Shown in pieces: positions 13,701 through 26,063 of a DNA stretch of 64,000 bases; positions within the stretch are counted from its first letter, which is position 1, and the number at the start of each line of letters is the position of its first letter. The notes beneath the pieces are model-generated. The model did not search any database. It was not told where the DNA came from and saw only the letters and a program-made list of their open reading frames with translations. The stretch comes from Phoronis australis (Eukaryota; Animalia; Phoronida), in contig NMRA01000010.1 of assembly GCA_002633005.1 (NCBI GenBank), positions 1,171,252 through 1,235,251 on the forward strand. The letters are read 5' to 3'. The translations under genes and the position numbers were made by a program.

Positions 13701-16700
13701 TAAGCCAACGTGTTGAGTCTTGTCTATAACAAAGCATCTGTTATCACCAGTCTCTGAAATTGCTTCATATTTAATTAAGGAATGAGTTGAGACCAGTTGA
13801 ATGTAGTTTTCAAGAGATTTAAATCAAAAAGGAGTTTTTGATGGTAGGTGGGCTTTTATTACCTTTAAATTAAGCTACAGTGATGAATTTGACGGTTGAC
13901 TTTCTTGTTGGCAAAAATGAGAAAAGTTACTTACTAGGAGACATTTAGTTAGTTCAACATAACGATTCAAACCTGCTACTCAAGTCCTTGATCACATGAC
14001 TGTTCTTACCACTGTTGTGAAACCGGATGGTGGGAAGATCAGTCATGCGATCAAGGGTGTGAGCTGCAGGCTTGAATGGTTATGCTCAAGTAACTAAAGG
14101 TCTCCTAGTAAGTAACTTTTCTCATTTTTACCATCATCACTCGAGGTAACGATGAACACTTCTAACCGACTTTCTTGTTGCTGTCTTTTTTCCAGGTGTG
14201 GATGAGGGGAAGGCTTTTGGCTGTAACAACTGGTGGGTCCTGGCAACAGTGTGTATACTGATTGGCACGGTGGGCATTGTAACTGTGTCTGTGATCGTCA
14301 ACTCACAGCAGGCTGACCCCAAACAAGTGAGTTTGGACTGGTGGCACCACAATGACTAAATACCACAGATGTCTTATTTATGTTTGTTTGCCCTAGCTTA
14401 GCTGGTCCCATTTTACAAAGTAGCCAGCATCTGTATTACAATGTAGCCAGCATCTGTATTACAAAGTAGCCAGCATCTGTATTACAAAGTAGCCAGCATC
14501 TGTATTACAAGGTAGCCAGCATCTGTATTACAAGGTAGACACTTTCTTTATTACAAAAGCCCCATCATCTGTATTACAAAGTCCAGACCTGAGCCACACA
14601 AACAAACTTTCCAAATTTGTCAAGGTAATAGAGCAGTCACTGAATAATTGACTGCCGCTTCACCCACCTGGTCTCGTGATGCAACCTTAGACTAACTAAA
14701 GACAATGGCCGCAAGTAATCGATTGTGTCTAAGCGAAATACTGGGCAATTTTGGATAATCATTTTGCCATCATTGAGAATTCGAGGGAGACAACTGTCCA
14801 GTGAATATTAAGTCAATTCTGATAAGCTGTTGTATTTGCATTGGTCATTTAGTCTCTGGCATGCTCAAGTCTGTCGGAGAAATTTTTCACAATATTTCGT
14901 TTTTTTTTGGTTTTGGAAATGGAATAAACTAGACTTTCTCAACTGAACAAACTGGATATTTGCTAACTTGTTTACATAATGCACATTGACATAAGTTCTT
15001 TTCATCATTTTGTCTTGAAAATGACCAATGCTTTCATTTGTCTTACGTAGAAAAATGTCCAAGGAAAATGTTTGCTAGTGACATGTTTACATAACGTTAC
15101 CCACTTCTGTCAGTAATGCTATTTCGATTGACACCTCGCCACTATTTCTCAAAGAGTCTATTATCTTATCTTTTTGCTAAAAATTGCCAACGAATGGCTT
15201 AGCCTATTTCACAAAATCAGGTTAAGGCTAAAATTCAGAATGTCTGTCTACAACTCAAAGCTAAAAGACTGAAATTCATGGCCTGCTCAGCAGCAGACTA
15301 CACGCCAAAGTTGAAAAACAAAAAAGTGATCTGGATAAGACTCCGAGAAACTGAAACAGGCCCGTGGTGCTACTGGTTAGTCGAACAATCAATTCTGGAT
15401 GCGAGTCTCGAGTTGAGGCTTGTAGTTTCTGGCTCAGCCGCATTTAGCTTTTTGAATTGACGTGTGTAGTCTATGTTAAGGTGACTTTTACTTGCATCTT
15501 CTTGTCACACAAAATAGATATTTCAAGCTGGGTGTTCAAGTTTAGTTCTCTGGAGCATGACAATCTTAATATCAGTTCACCCGATTAGAATTGCATCATC
15601 TCAGATGCAAGGTAGGCACTGTCAGAATCCTGTGTCTTGATGATTGCCTGCTTTACACCACTCACTGTTTTTGTTGTGTAAACATTACGTTGCAGTTTGG
15701 TGTTGTATTTGATGCCGGCTCTACCCACACCAAAGCATTTGTCTACAGATGGATGGGTGATAAGGTGAACAACACAGGGGCTGTGGAACAGGAAACCTCT
15801 TGTGAGGTCAAAGGTGAGATGTCGGCATAGGGTCAAGAGTTAACATGGGGTCATAGATGTGGAGCATTTAAGGTCAGGTGTCATGTGTTCCCTTCAGTTG
15901 ACAACATGGGCTGTGGAACTTTTTGACAGAAGTGTTGTCTTGTCCTTATTTTTAATAGCAGACTTTTTGTTTTAAAAGTTCCAGACACTATTGTATACAG
16001 GCTGACAGATTACACAAACAGAAATCGCTCAAGTATTGTATAAATTTTTTTATGTCTGTACTTCTTTTTTGCATGGTTTTATGGTTCCATATTGGTTTTG
16101 TGTGCATGATACACTGAATATGGTTTCATGGACTTATTGTACATGAAGACTGCTGACTATTGTGTGAATTACTGCTGTGGTGCATCTGTAGGTCCACCAC
16201 TTGCCTTTCTGAGGAACAAGGTGAAAGAGACGTTCAGCAGCTGTTTAGATGAAACGGCCAAAGCCATCCCTGCCTCGCAGCAATCAACGTCTCCAGTGTA
16301 CCTTGGTGCCACTGCAGGCATGAGGGTACTTAAGTAAGTAGTGGTCTTCAATCTGCTATATGCTGTGTAGTTGTTAAGCTTTGCTTAGTGAGTTTCATAT
16401 TTAATTGAATATCACAACAAGAAGGCAATGTAAGGGCTAAATGTATATGTGGGCACATGTAGTCAGCATGGTATCCATCCTTACTTTTGCTTTATGACTG
16501 TTTGACATGTCTTGATGAAACTTAGCACGAGTTTAGTTTGTGTGCTGACACCTGTCGGTTTTTGGATGAATTTTATTCTCTGCCACTTTGCAGAGTGTTG
16601 GCCATATTGTTTACCACACAATACTTATCGTGTGTCGTTGATTGTCAGAAGGATCTCTTGATTTTGATGAATTTAGGTGCAGAAGTACTTGGTGGGGATG

Positions 16701-19700
16701 TAGCCGTTCAGATTCAGTTACTGCCAAGTATCTCCTCATGTCGGTCATTATAGCTGTGGACAAACGATTTCTTGACCGTTGGCTATTATTGAAATATTTA
16801 GCATGTTTTAATGAAACTTGACACAGAATGAAGTCTACTTCAGTTTTTCGTGCAGAGTAAGCCACTGTCTTGCAATAGATGAGAACAATGTTTGGATGGT
16901 AAACATTCACCTGTTTATTTTGCTTGAAGTCGAGTCTAAATAGGCAATACTGGCTGTCCCAATTTCAAGAATTATGACAAAGACAAATTTTTGTGTTGAC
17001 AGCTGTTTTGGGCAATTATATTTCAGACTTTATTGATACAAAATGCAGTGTCCATATTTGAGAAATCCGATTATAGCCAAAATTACCCATGTCCCAATCT
17101 TCAGAATCAAAAAATTTAATCTTTGCTTGAATTACTGTGTCACTAGTTTTAGAGATTATCCCGAACTGGAGAATTTTTAAGGTAGATAATTCTTCAGTCT
17201 GAATTTGGAGACTGTACTTCGTGCCGTGCTGTAGCCATCATTCCAAGGTCATTCCACGTTGTTTTATCAAAAAGTTTGTACTGTTTTCACAGCGCGACAA
17301 GCCCTCAAATGGCTGAGTTAATATTGGAAGAGGTTCGCACTACTTTCTCGTCATCCGTCCTTCAGGTGCAAAACAGGAAAGATCAAGTGAGGATTCTCTC
17401 TGGATCAGAGGAAGGGTCATTTGGATGGATAACAGTGAACTATCTTCTTGGCTCATTTGGAAATGTGAGATTTTGTTATTAATGTCTCATTACAGAGGAC
17501 GTCTGGTCAAATAACTCTCACCTGTTACTGGATATGTATATTCTATAATGATGTTGTTTTTCATGTGTGTAGATATAATGAGGTAATTGCTCAACAAAGT
17601 TAACTGTGGTAACGATTTCCTACCTTTGATGGCAAATCATGACTACTATAATTCTGTTCAGATATCAGCATTACCCATTTCCATACTCAGCAAATGGTCT
17701 TGTGTAATAATATTGTTATAGTTCAGGAGGTATATTGGATACTTACTTTCACAAGTTTCTTGCTGGTATTGCTGTACAATTTAGGATAAGTTTTGTGAAC
17801 TCAGCTATATTCACTACTTGCACGAATTCGCCATTATACTTGAAAACGAGGCGTTATGTCCAAGCTACAATGGTCTGCATGTTTGGAACCCGCATACTTT
17901 TACGCTTGCATTTTTAAATTTGATGCTAAAACGAGGAGTTGTGTCCTAAACAACAATCATTTTTGCAGTGCCACCAAAGTGTTCGAGTAGTGAATTGGGC
18001 TGAGAAAGAATTTGTGCTGTTAGTTCAACAATATCTCATTATTTAAGTACCACTTACCATATTTACCATATTAGAGCATTAATGTGTTTATGATCCCGAT
18101 TTTAATGTTGTAGTTTATAAAGACTCCGCAGTGGGACTTAGTTCCAACCTCGCCCAACCCCGCCGTGGGGGCACTCGACATGGGCGGAGCCTCACTTCAA
18201 ATAACTTTCCTACCGGCGAAATCATCGGAGATCATGCCAGCCGAGCAGACTGTGCAACTGAGCTTGTTCGGGCAAAACTACACAGTTTACACGACCAGTT
18301 TCTTGTGTTATGGCAAGATGGAGGCCGAGCGCAGACTGTTGGCCTTGCTGGTGAAGGTTAGTTTTTGTCAAGAGATCTTTGTTTGCTTCATAACTGCTTA
18401 TTGTCACCAAGTTTACCAGGTTGATTCCATCACTGCGCCCCTAGTGGCTATTTGTCATGTGCCCACCTCAATGTCTACCAGACGAGTTCTCCTGTTGGAT
18501 ATTCTTGAAATTTTGCAGATATGTTGCATTTGATTACTTTCCTATTCAAAGTGCACCTTTTTGTGGTTGCAAAGGGCTGTCAATGAAAATCACACGCAAA
18601 TAGGAAATGTTATTCCACTCATCAATTAACTCAGTCTTCGAAAAATTTTTTACTATTGATCATTATAATGAATTGTCCTTGACACTTACCCGTCAAGTGT
18701 TTAATCATATACATTGTGTGAGATGTATTGTGTACATGCACATGTAGATATTCTGTTATCGTCTTATGACATCTTGGGCTGCACATTTTTTCATGATGTG
18801 CATCTGATGTAGGTCAAAGGTTCAATCTGTTGCATCTTCAGGACGATGCGTGCACTGTTGTGTTACACTATTTGGGCTGAATTTCGTCCTATATTCGGGG
18901 CATTTTGAAAGAAATTTGTGATGGGAAAGACCAAACAAAATCAGGCAAAATGAAGGAATCTATGATTTTCACATTTTTTCACAGAGTTGTGCGAGAATCC
19001 AAGTTGAGCTTTATTAAGGAGTCAATGCAAGAAGAATTGTAGCATGGAACTTTGTCCAAGTTACATGAAAATTTTATTGTAGTTACTTATTCATCTTGCT
19101 TCAGAAACTCAATACTCCCTCTCCCAACTGGTAACTCTGAATCACTTTTGGCTGAGTTTCAATTTGAATACCGCTAACAATAAACATTATTTTCTTTTGT
19201 GGCTATCGTTGTTTTTGTTTGAGGACTGTGGAGCAGAGATGATTGTTAGTGATAGACAAGCTGACATGGCTTAGGCCTATAATAATGCGAAAGAATTTGA
19301 AGATATTGGAATAGGGAAGCACTTAGTGGCTGGTATTAAATTTTATACTAAATTGCCAGGAGCAAGGCTATAGTGAGAACATCACCAATCCATGTGCACC
19401 CCAGGGTAACATGACCAGCGTATCTGGCGTTGATGTCTTCCATCCACCCTGCACCAGCGCTGATGGCAGGGTCATCCCTGAGGTATGTTTTTATTTTGAC
19501 TAAGGGAGTGTCACAGTACGAACACGAGTACACCGGGATAGTGCTTAGGGAACTTGGAAAATGTTATCAAGTGGCATTTGCATATATTTGGGGACCGGGG
19601 GGGGGGGAGGGGGGGGGCGGGGGGGTTCATTGAGACATTTCAGTTCGATATTTTACTTTTATGAAACAGTGACAATCAACACTCGTAATGCCCATCACAG

Positions 19701-22700
19701 AAAAAGGAGCATTTTCTTGGTTGCTCATTTACCTGGCTGTTCACTCACCTGATCGTTTATGTACCCGGTCATTGTTTTATTTGACCCTTCATTTGCTTGT
19801 GGACATTTGTTTACTTGACCTTTCATTTACTTGGGTGATCATTTACTTGGCTGTTCATTTCGCAGCATCATGCCAAGGAGGAATAATTTTGTGTGTTTTT
19901 GCATTAACTGAATTCAGCTCCGCAAATGGAAATCTTTGTACACTGTGCTTACTGCTCTATTGTGAAGGAAGCAGCACATCAAAACATTTGAGATTTCAAT
20001 TACCCGTTCAAAGCTCGCTAATGTTTTGAAGGACTTAGAATTTGTGGCCTAATTATGAAATTTTTCATTTATATAACTTGCAGTTGAACAGATATCATTT
20101 CTAGCCTGATTGTTTCTAGGGTACGGTGTACAAGTTCCAGGGCACTGGTAACAGCGCACAGTGTCGAGAAGCAGTCAACAAACTGGTGAACACATCTCAG
20201 TGCCAATACAAACAGTGCGCCTTCGACGGTGTCTACATGCCGCCGCTGTATGGATCCTTCATTGTAAGATGCTCTCCAATATATTACACACTCTGTTGTT
20301 ACGCAGTAAGCTTGGGCAGATATTTACAGCCACGTACAGGGACATCTTTAAAGCGGCTACAATCCTGCTTTCGATCATGATAAACCAACTTTTGATTTAG
20401 ACCACTTTGCGTTGTGAAATTTGTTTCTGATTATTCGTTAGTTAATGTAGAGGGGATTTATGGGGTTGGAAGGAGCTGATAATAGTTGCTGTTTGAGAGT
20501 TGGCTCTACAAGTTGGCTTGTCAGGGTGAGTAATTTGTTGTACTGAGCATGGTCTCAAGGAAGAACGAGATGTCAGTGTTTTGCAAACCCAGCGATCACT
20601 TCTCGTCTGAGTAAGAAAGAAATTGCGACCAGTTTAGTAACAGTAATTAGTTGAAGTTCACTTCTTGGATAGAACACGGGTCATAGCCACTTTAAAATGT
20701 CCACTGGAGTTCTTCAATTTCTTCAGCAATAGTCTGGTGTGACATGCCCGCAGTTTGAGAACCAGTTGATGCCCGTTATTCAGTGGAGAAAACTGGTTCT
20801 CAAAATGCGGTCACGTTCTGTCATACTATTACCCATTTCTACTGTGGCTAAATTTTCTGTCGTCCTTTTGACCTTTACTTGTTATTGTTGTTGTATAGGG
20901 CACTTAACATATGTTTCAATCAAAACATTGTTTGCCATCTACATGGTGTATACCTTGTCCTAATCCTGGAAGCAGCATAGAGTTCAATAATGTTAAGACC
21001 TCACTAGGACCTCGTTAAAACAGCAAGACTTCGCAAGATTATGCAAGATATTGCCTTGTATTTTCAAGGAGAGCATGTGATTTTGGCTAGGTTTTCTTGC
21101 TGTGAGGCAGCTTTCGAACGCTACCCTAATGTAGACATTTTAAAGTATTTCAGATTTTTAGACACGAGTTTAAGAACTTCTGTCTAAAAATCTGAAATAT
21201 TTTTATTTTGTTTGTTTTTTTATTATTGGTCTACTCGTAACAAAAAGCGAACAAGGGGTCAGATTGGGTACGTGAAGGTGCCGATAACTGAACTGGTATT
21301 TGAAACATTGATCTGTTATCATTGCTTGGTGTAGCTGATAAAAGAGAGCAGTTTTTAGGGACGTTTTTTCTCTGAAGAAACTACAGACAGAGAGGAAATA
21401 TTGGAAATAGGTACGACATTCTGCAAAGAACTATAATATAAATCATCTCTATTAGTACAAACTCCACCAAACAGAGCTGTCACTGTAGACACAACAGAGG
21501 ACATAACAAATGAAGCCCCAGAAATAACGTCAGAAGTAGAGAAAACTCTAAAAGAAATGAAAAAGAACAAGGCCCCCAGTATTAATGAACTAACCAGTGA
21601 CATCATAAAATTGGGAGGAGATGATACGGTAATACAAATCACAAAAATATACAACAAAATACTGTAGATAAGGAAAATACCTACAGAACGGAAAGAAGCT
21701 AAGATAATAATTCTACATATGAAGGGAGACAGAAAAGACATAAAAAACTACAGACGAATCAGCCTACTGTCCCATATGTACAAAATGTTCACAAGAATAC
21801 TGCAGAGAAGTATGGAGACAACACTAGATCTTAACCAACCAAGAGAACAGCCTGGCTTCAGAAAGGGTTATTCAACAGCAGAACATCTTCAAACCCTAAA
21901 TCAAATAATAGAAAAATACAATGAATTCAACTTACCATTATGTGTTGGTTGTATAGATTACAAAAATGCATTCGACTCAGTGGAGCATTCAGCAATTTCA
22001 GAGTGCACTACGACAGATTGGAAATCATGAGGCATGTGTAAACATAATGGAGAACATCTATACAAACGCAACAGCAAAACTACACTAAGTCTTGGAAAAT
22101 CAGACATCAGGAAAAATTCCAATAAGAAGATGCGTGAGACAGTACTACAGGAAGTTTTCAACAAGGCACATTTGGAGAGGAGAGGACTCAACATAGATGG
22201 TGAGAACTTAGCGGATTTGCGATTTGCAGATGATGTGGCCCTTATGACAGAAAACATTATGAAGACATGGAAATGCAACTGAACATACTAAATGCTTTCA
22301 AGTTGACCTGAAAATACACAGTGGAAAGACTAAATACATGACAAATTTCAAGTCAGACTGAAGACCAGTTGGAAATCGAAGACACACCTATAGAGAAAGT
22401 GAAAGACTACAAATACCTTGGACAAACTATTACAATGGAAGAGACAACAAAACAAGAAGTGCTGATAACACTAAAAGCAGGTTGGTGTTGTTTCGGCAGA
22501 TACACAGAGATATCCCTAGACGAAAAGCTTCTAATAGCACTAAAGAGAAAAGTGTACAACCAGTGCGTTATGCCAGTAGTGACTTATGGGTGCCAAACAT
22601 GGTCACTTACTAAAGAACTTATGAAAAAGATGCAAACAAACCAAAGAGCAATGGAAAGGAAACTGCTGGGCATCCGCTTGAAAGACAAAATACCAAATCC

Positions 22701-25700
22701 CCAAGATAACAGATATAACAACATGCATAACAAAAACAAAATAGAGATGGGCTGGTCATGTGGAAAGAATAAAGGATAACAGGTGGACTCTGAGGACAAC
22801 CGAATGGCAGCCCAGGAAAGGCAAGAGAACAATGGGGAGACGAAAGAGACGATGGTGAGGCGGCATCATGCAGAGAGATGGGGCAACATGGCCAAGGACA
22901 GCTAAGAACCAAAAACAATGGAGGGATCTGGCGGAGGGCTACTTCCTGCAGTGGAAGGACACAGCCTAGGTGAACAGGTGAAAGAGGCCCATTTTATGAG
23001 AGTACAAGACACTCGATTATTGTTTTGTAGCCAGATGAACAAGGCAAAATGTAGGTTTAAAATAGCAAGAAATTTTTTGAAGTATTGTATTCTTCTGAAT
23101 ATGCCTCAAGGTTCATGCAGTTCATTTATCTACTTTCCAGGCATTCAACAGTTTCCTGTTTGTTGCCCGAGATCTCAACTTGACCACTGGAGTACCACCG
23201 GACCAAGGTTTATTTAGCCTAGAAGCGTTTAGGAATGCCACCTCTAACTTGTGTAATAAGACCTATGATGAGGTATGCTTGTATATCATTAGAGAAGATA
23301 TGGGTTTATGTGGTGCTATCATAGGTCTATAAAAGAACATACTTTGGCGGTTATGAATTTCACGCTCTTGAGTTCCATCACAAGTTAAGTTGAGCGGAAT
23401 AACTGACTCTGTAGCAAATGAACGATCTTCGATTTTCGTAGACGTACTTGGTCCATTGTAAGCCTTGCGGACATTCATTTGCTTCTAAATTTTTGGTTTT
23501 GCCTGTGTCCGATAACAAAATGTTTGATAGTAGAGAGTCTTTAAGTTGGAAATAAGTCTGCCATTTTCTAAGCATGAATTATCATATACATCATACAACG
23601 TTCTTAACCTTGCTATAACTCTGTTATATGAATGCGCCCTTGGACTAACCGTCCATGTAATGTGAATGCATTTGTGAAGGCATCATGACCACGTCCAGCT
23701 GATGACAGATATGAGGTCACAAGCAGAGGAAGATAACGTTATATACTCTTTTGTATATATTTCAAATACATCAAACTTGTGCATTTCGCTTACCCAAAAG
23801 ATGGTTCGGTTAACCTGTTACCAGTTTGACAAGAGACTTCCATAGATTGCTGACATGTATTGTATCCACCTGTTCTGGGGGTTTGGTGCCATGCCAAGTT
23901 GTATAGTCGACCCTTCTTTCGTTTTGGGCGTGCTACAGATGGCTAGAACCATGATGTTCTGTCGGTCAAATGAGAGCATTTCAGCATTGCACACATCTGT
24001 GTCCATGATGTGGACCAGAGGAATTATGGCTCTTTCGTATGAGTGGTTTTTCTACAAAGATGAGGACACAGGTGACAGACCTATGGAAGGCTGGCTTTAG
24101 TACACTTTTATGTTTTCTCATTCAACTAGAAATTACCTTGACCTTGTCTGTTTGCTTGTTTCAGCTTGTTAGTTTACCAGCGTCATTTAGAACTAAATTG
24201 TGCTTTGATGCCCACTATATCGACGTGATCCTAACTAAAGGATTCCACTTCACACCAGACTACTGGAGAAAGCATCTATATTTTAAAAGAAAGGTAATAC
24301 TTTGATTATAGTCTTGTTAAGGTTACCTTGAACTAGTTGCAGTAAACTTACCTTCTACCCAAAAACCGATGGCCGATTTTTGACCCCTTACTTTTGTAAA
24401 ACTGGTCTCAATTTGTTGCCGGCATAGTCGAGAAGATATTTCTGCAGGCTTGGAAGGTATTAACAGTTGGTTGGGCAAACTAAGTTGCCATAACCTGCTT
24501 AGTCATTTTATGCTCGGAAGACATTAAGATCAATGTATCAGCTTTGGCTTAATATAGAACTTAGACTTAGAACTAGACTATTGCGGTCAGCTCATGAAAT
24601 GGCTTTGTGGTGTAATGGATAACTTGCCTATTGTGAGCTGAGCTGCGTAGACCGCAAGACATTAGCTTGCACTGGTGAAATATCTTCACTTAAGGAACAG
24701 ATTGAAGCAATACATTCACATAGGTGGATCCAGGGGGGTCAAGGGGTCCGGATCCCCTTTTTTCCCTTGATTTTAGTTATATCAAATCTAGAATTTTCAA
24801 ATTGTTGACTTGTACCCCCCTTTTTAAAAAATCTTTAATCCCACCCCCTTTTAAAAAATCCTGGATCTGCCCCCGATTCAATCATACTATTCAACGCTAC
24901 AATCTCGCCAGCCAATCACTTCGTTAGCTCCCATTTTGCTAGGATAGGCTAGTAAACTCCTGAGCATATGTGAGAAACTCTTGCTTTTCAATAATGAGTT
25001 TTTGTTTTGGTCAGACAAGACTTGGTCTGTGGTATGCTTTCCTGGACTCCAAGCCTTGAAATCCTTTCTAATCCTAGTTTTGGAACAGTATTTTGTCTAG
25101 TTCAAATATTTGTTTTTTGCATGAGACAGGTTTATTTCAGCTTTGAGTTGAATGTTATTTGTCAGTGTTAAAGACTGATGACTGCTGCCATCTTTTGGCT
25201 GTTTATGACTTGTATTTGCTGTGCTCTTCTGTGAGAGAGATAATGAAGTTAAGTTTGAGCATGAGCATGAAATCATGGCAGTTAATGGTTCTGATTTATT
25301 TAGCACTGCAAATCTCCCTACATCCTTCACATTTTCGCTTTGGAAGCTCTAATAGTCAGTATTCACTGTTTTGTTCCAATTTGTGTGATGGTGCAGTTCG
25401 TCAGACCTGACACTGTAAACAGTTTTTCCAGATTTACTTGCACTTCAAGTCAGAAACCAATTATTACATATGTGACCACTGAAAACGCTGCTTATCTTAT
25501 TTTTTTTAACAGTGGACAAGCATTTAACATTATCTATTTTAGGCTGCTCTAAACTTGCACTCAATCGAAAAAAAAACTTTTGATTAAAGCTAAAAGTGGT
25601 CTTAAAGTGCTTTTGAGCTTGGAAAGAACTGACAGTTCATTGTTACTTTAGACCACATTCCACACTTAGTCTGTCGTGACGAGCCAATTTTTTGGACTGT

Positions 25701-26063
25701 TCTCTAGCAATAACAAAGTGCCATTTTTTTCCAAGCCCTGAGTTTTATAATTAAAAGGATTGAACCAGAAATTATTTGTTGGGTTTATAATTGCTTTAAG
25801 CTCCTTCAAACTTTTTTGCATTTCAGATTCGCGGTTTTGAAGTTGGCTGGACTCTTGGCTTCATGATTAACACTACCAATTCATTCCCTGCCACCTCCAC
25901 GGTGGCGCCACTGTCTCCATTCGCTTTTGGCCTCCTTCTGACCATCTTCATTCTCTTTCTTTTGACCTCTATCGGGTTCGCGTGCCAGGCTCACCGGGTC
26001 AACGATAAGAAAGGCATGTATAAGAAACTAACGCAGGAAGGTCAGGCGTATGGAAGTATATAG
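10561..26063 (+). CDS. CD39/GDA1-family ectonucleoside triphosphate diphosphohydrolase (NTPDase, two-TM type) with N-terminal ubiquitin/SUMO-like domain, ~602 aa
   Basis: Exons 10561-10798, 14196-14326, 15696-15813, 16192-16333, 17293-17464, 18114-18356, 19360-19482, 20120-20263, 23141-23272, 24165-24293, 25827-26063. All GT-AG and phase-compatible; total 1809 nt. Apyrase conserved regions: ACR1 DAGSTHT, ACR2 GATAGMR, ACR3 GSEEGSFGWITVNYL, ACR4 DMGGASLQ, ACR5 GWTLG. TM1 WWVLATVCILIGTVGIVTVSVIV, TM2 FAFGLLLTIFILFLLTSIGFAC; conserved ectodomain cysteines. Confidence 0.92.
12112..12360 (-). mobile_element. MITE of the CAGGGCTTGGAAT-TIR family (short copy, reverse orientation)
   Basis: Starts cagggcttggaatt and ends ttggtcattccaagtcctg, the reverse complement of the left end of the copies at 48931 and 54351. 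Confidence 0.65.
13913..14129. repeat. ~217-bp foldback palindrome (MITE-like) in NTPDase intron 1
   Basis: aaaaatgagaaaagttacttactaggagac / gtctcctagtaagtaacttttctcattttt pair perfectly for 30 bp; imperfect pairing continues to the centre. Confidence 0.85.
14413..14582. repeat. Minisatellite, ~23-bp unit ttacaaagtagccagcatctgta
   Basis: Five near-perfect copies followed by degenerate ones. Confidence 0.9.
21360..22981 (+). mobile_element. Decayed, 5'-truncated RTE-clade LINE (reverse transcriptase remnant) in NTPDase intron 8
   Basis: Broken frames encode KGDRKDIKNYRRISLLS, QPGFRKGYST, IDYKNAFDSVEH, LRFADDVAL, YKYLGQ, KVYNQCVMPVVTYGCQTW and QRAMERKLLGI. Stops, frameshifts and an internal RT deletion are present. 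Confidence 0.9.
24719..24875. mobile_element. MITE of the CAKRGGCGGATCC family, 5-bp TSD
   Basis: cataggtggatccagg...cctggatctgcccccg; TSD ATTCA at 24714-18 and 24876-80. Confidence 0.75.

Noticed and set aside
14413-14582. CRISPR-like array
   Set aside because: Units are contiguous with no unique spacers, in a eukaryotic intron; it is a minisatellite (same for 61415-61510).
18165-18200. ACR4 variant DMGGASLQ as an inactivating change
   Set aside because: GGASLQ occurs in other NTPDase family members (as I recall, ENTPD7), so it is not evidence of lost activity.
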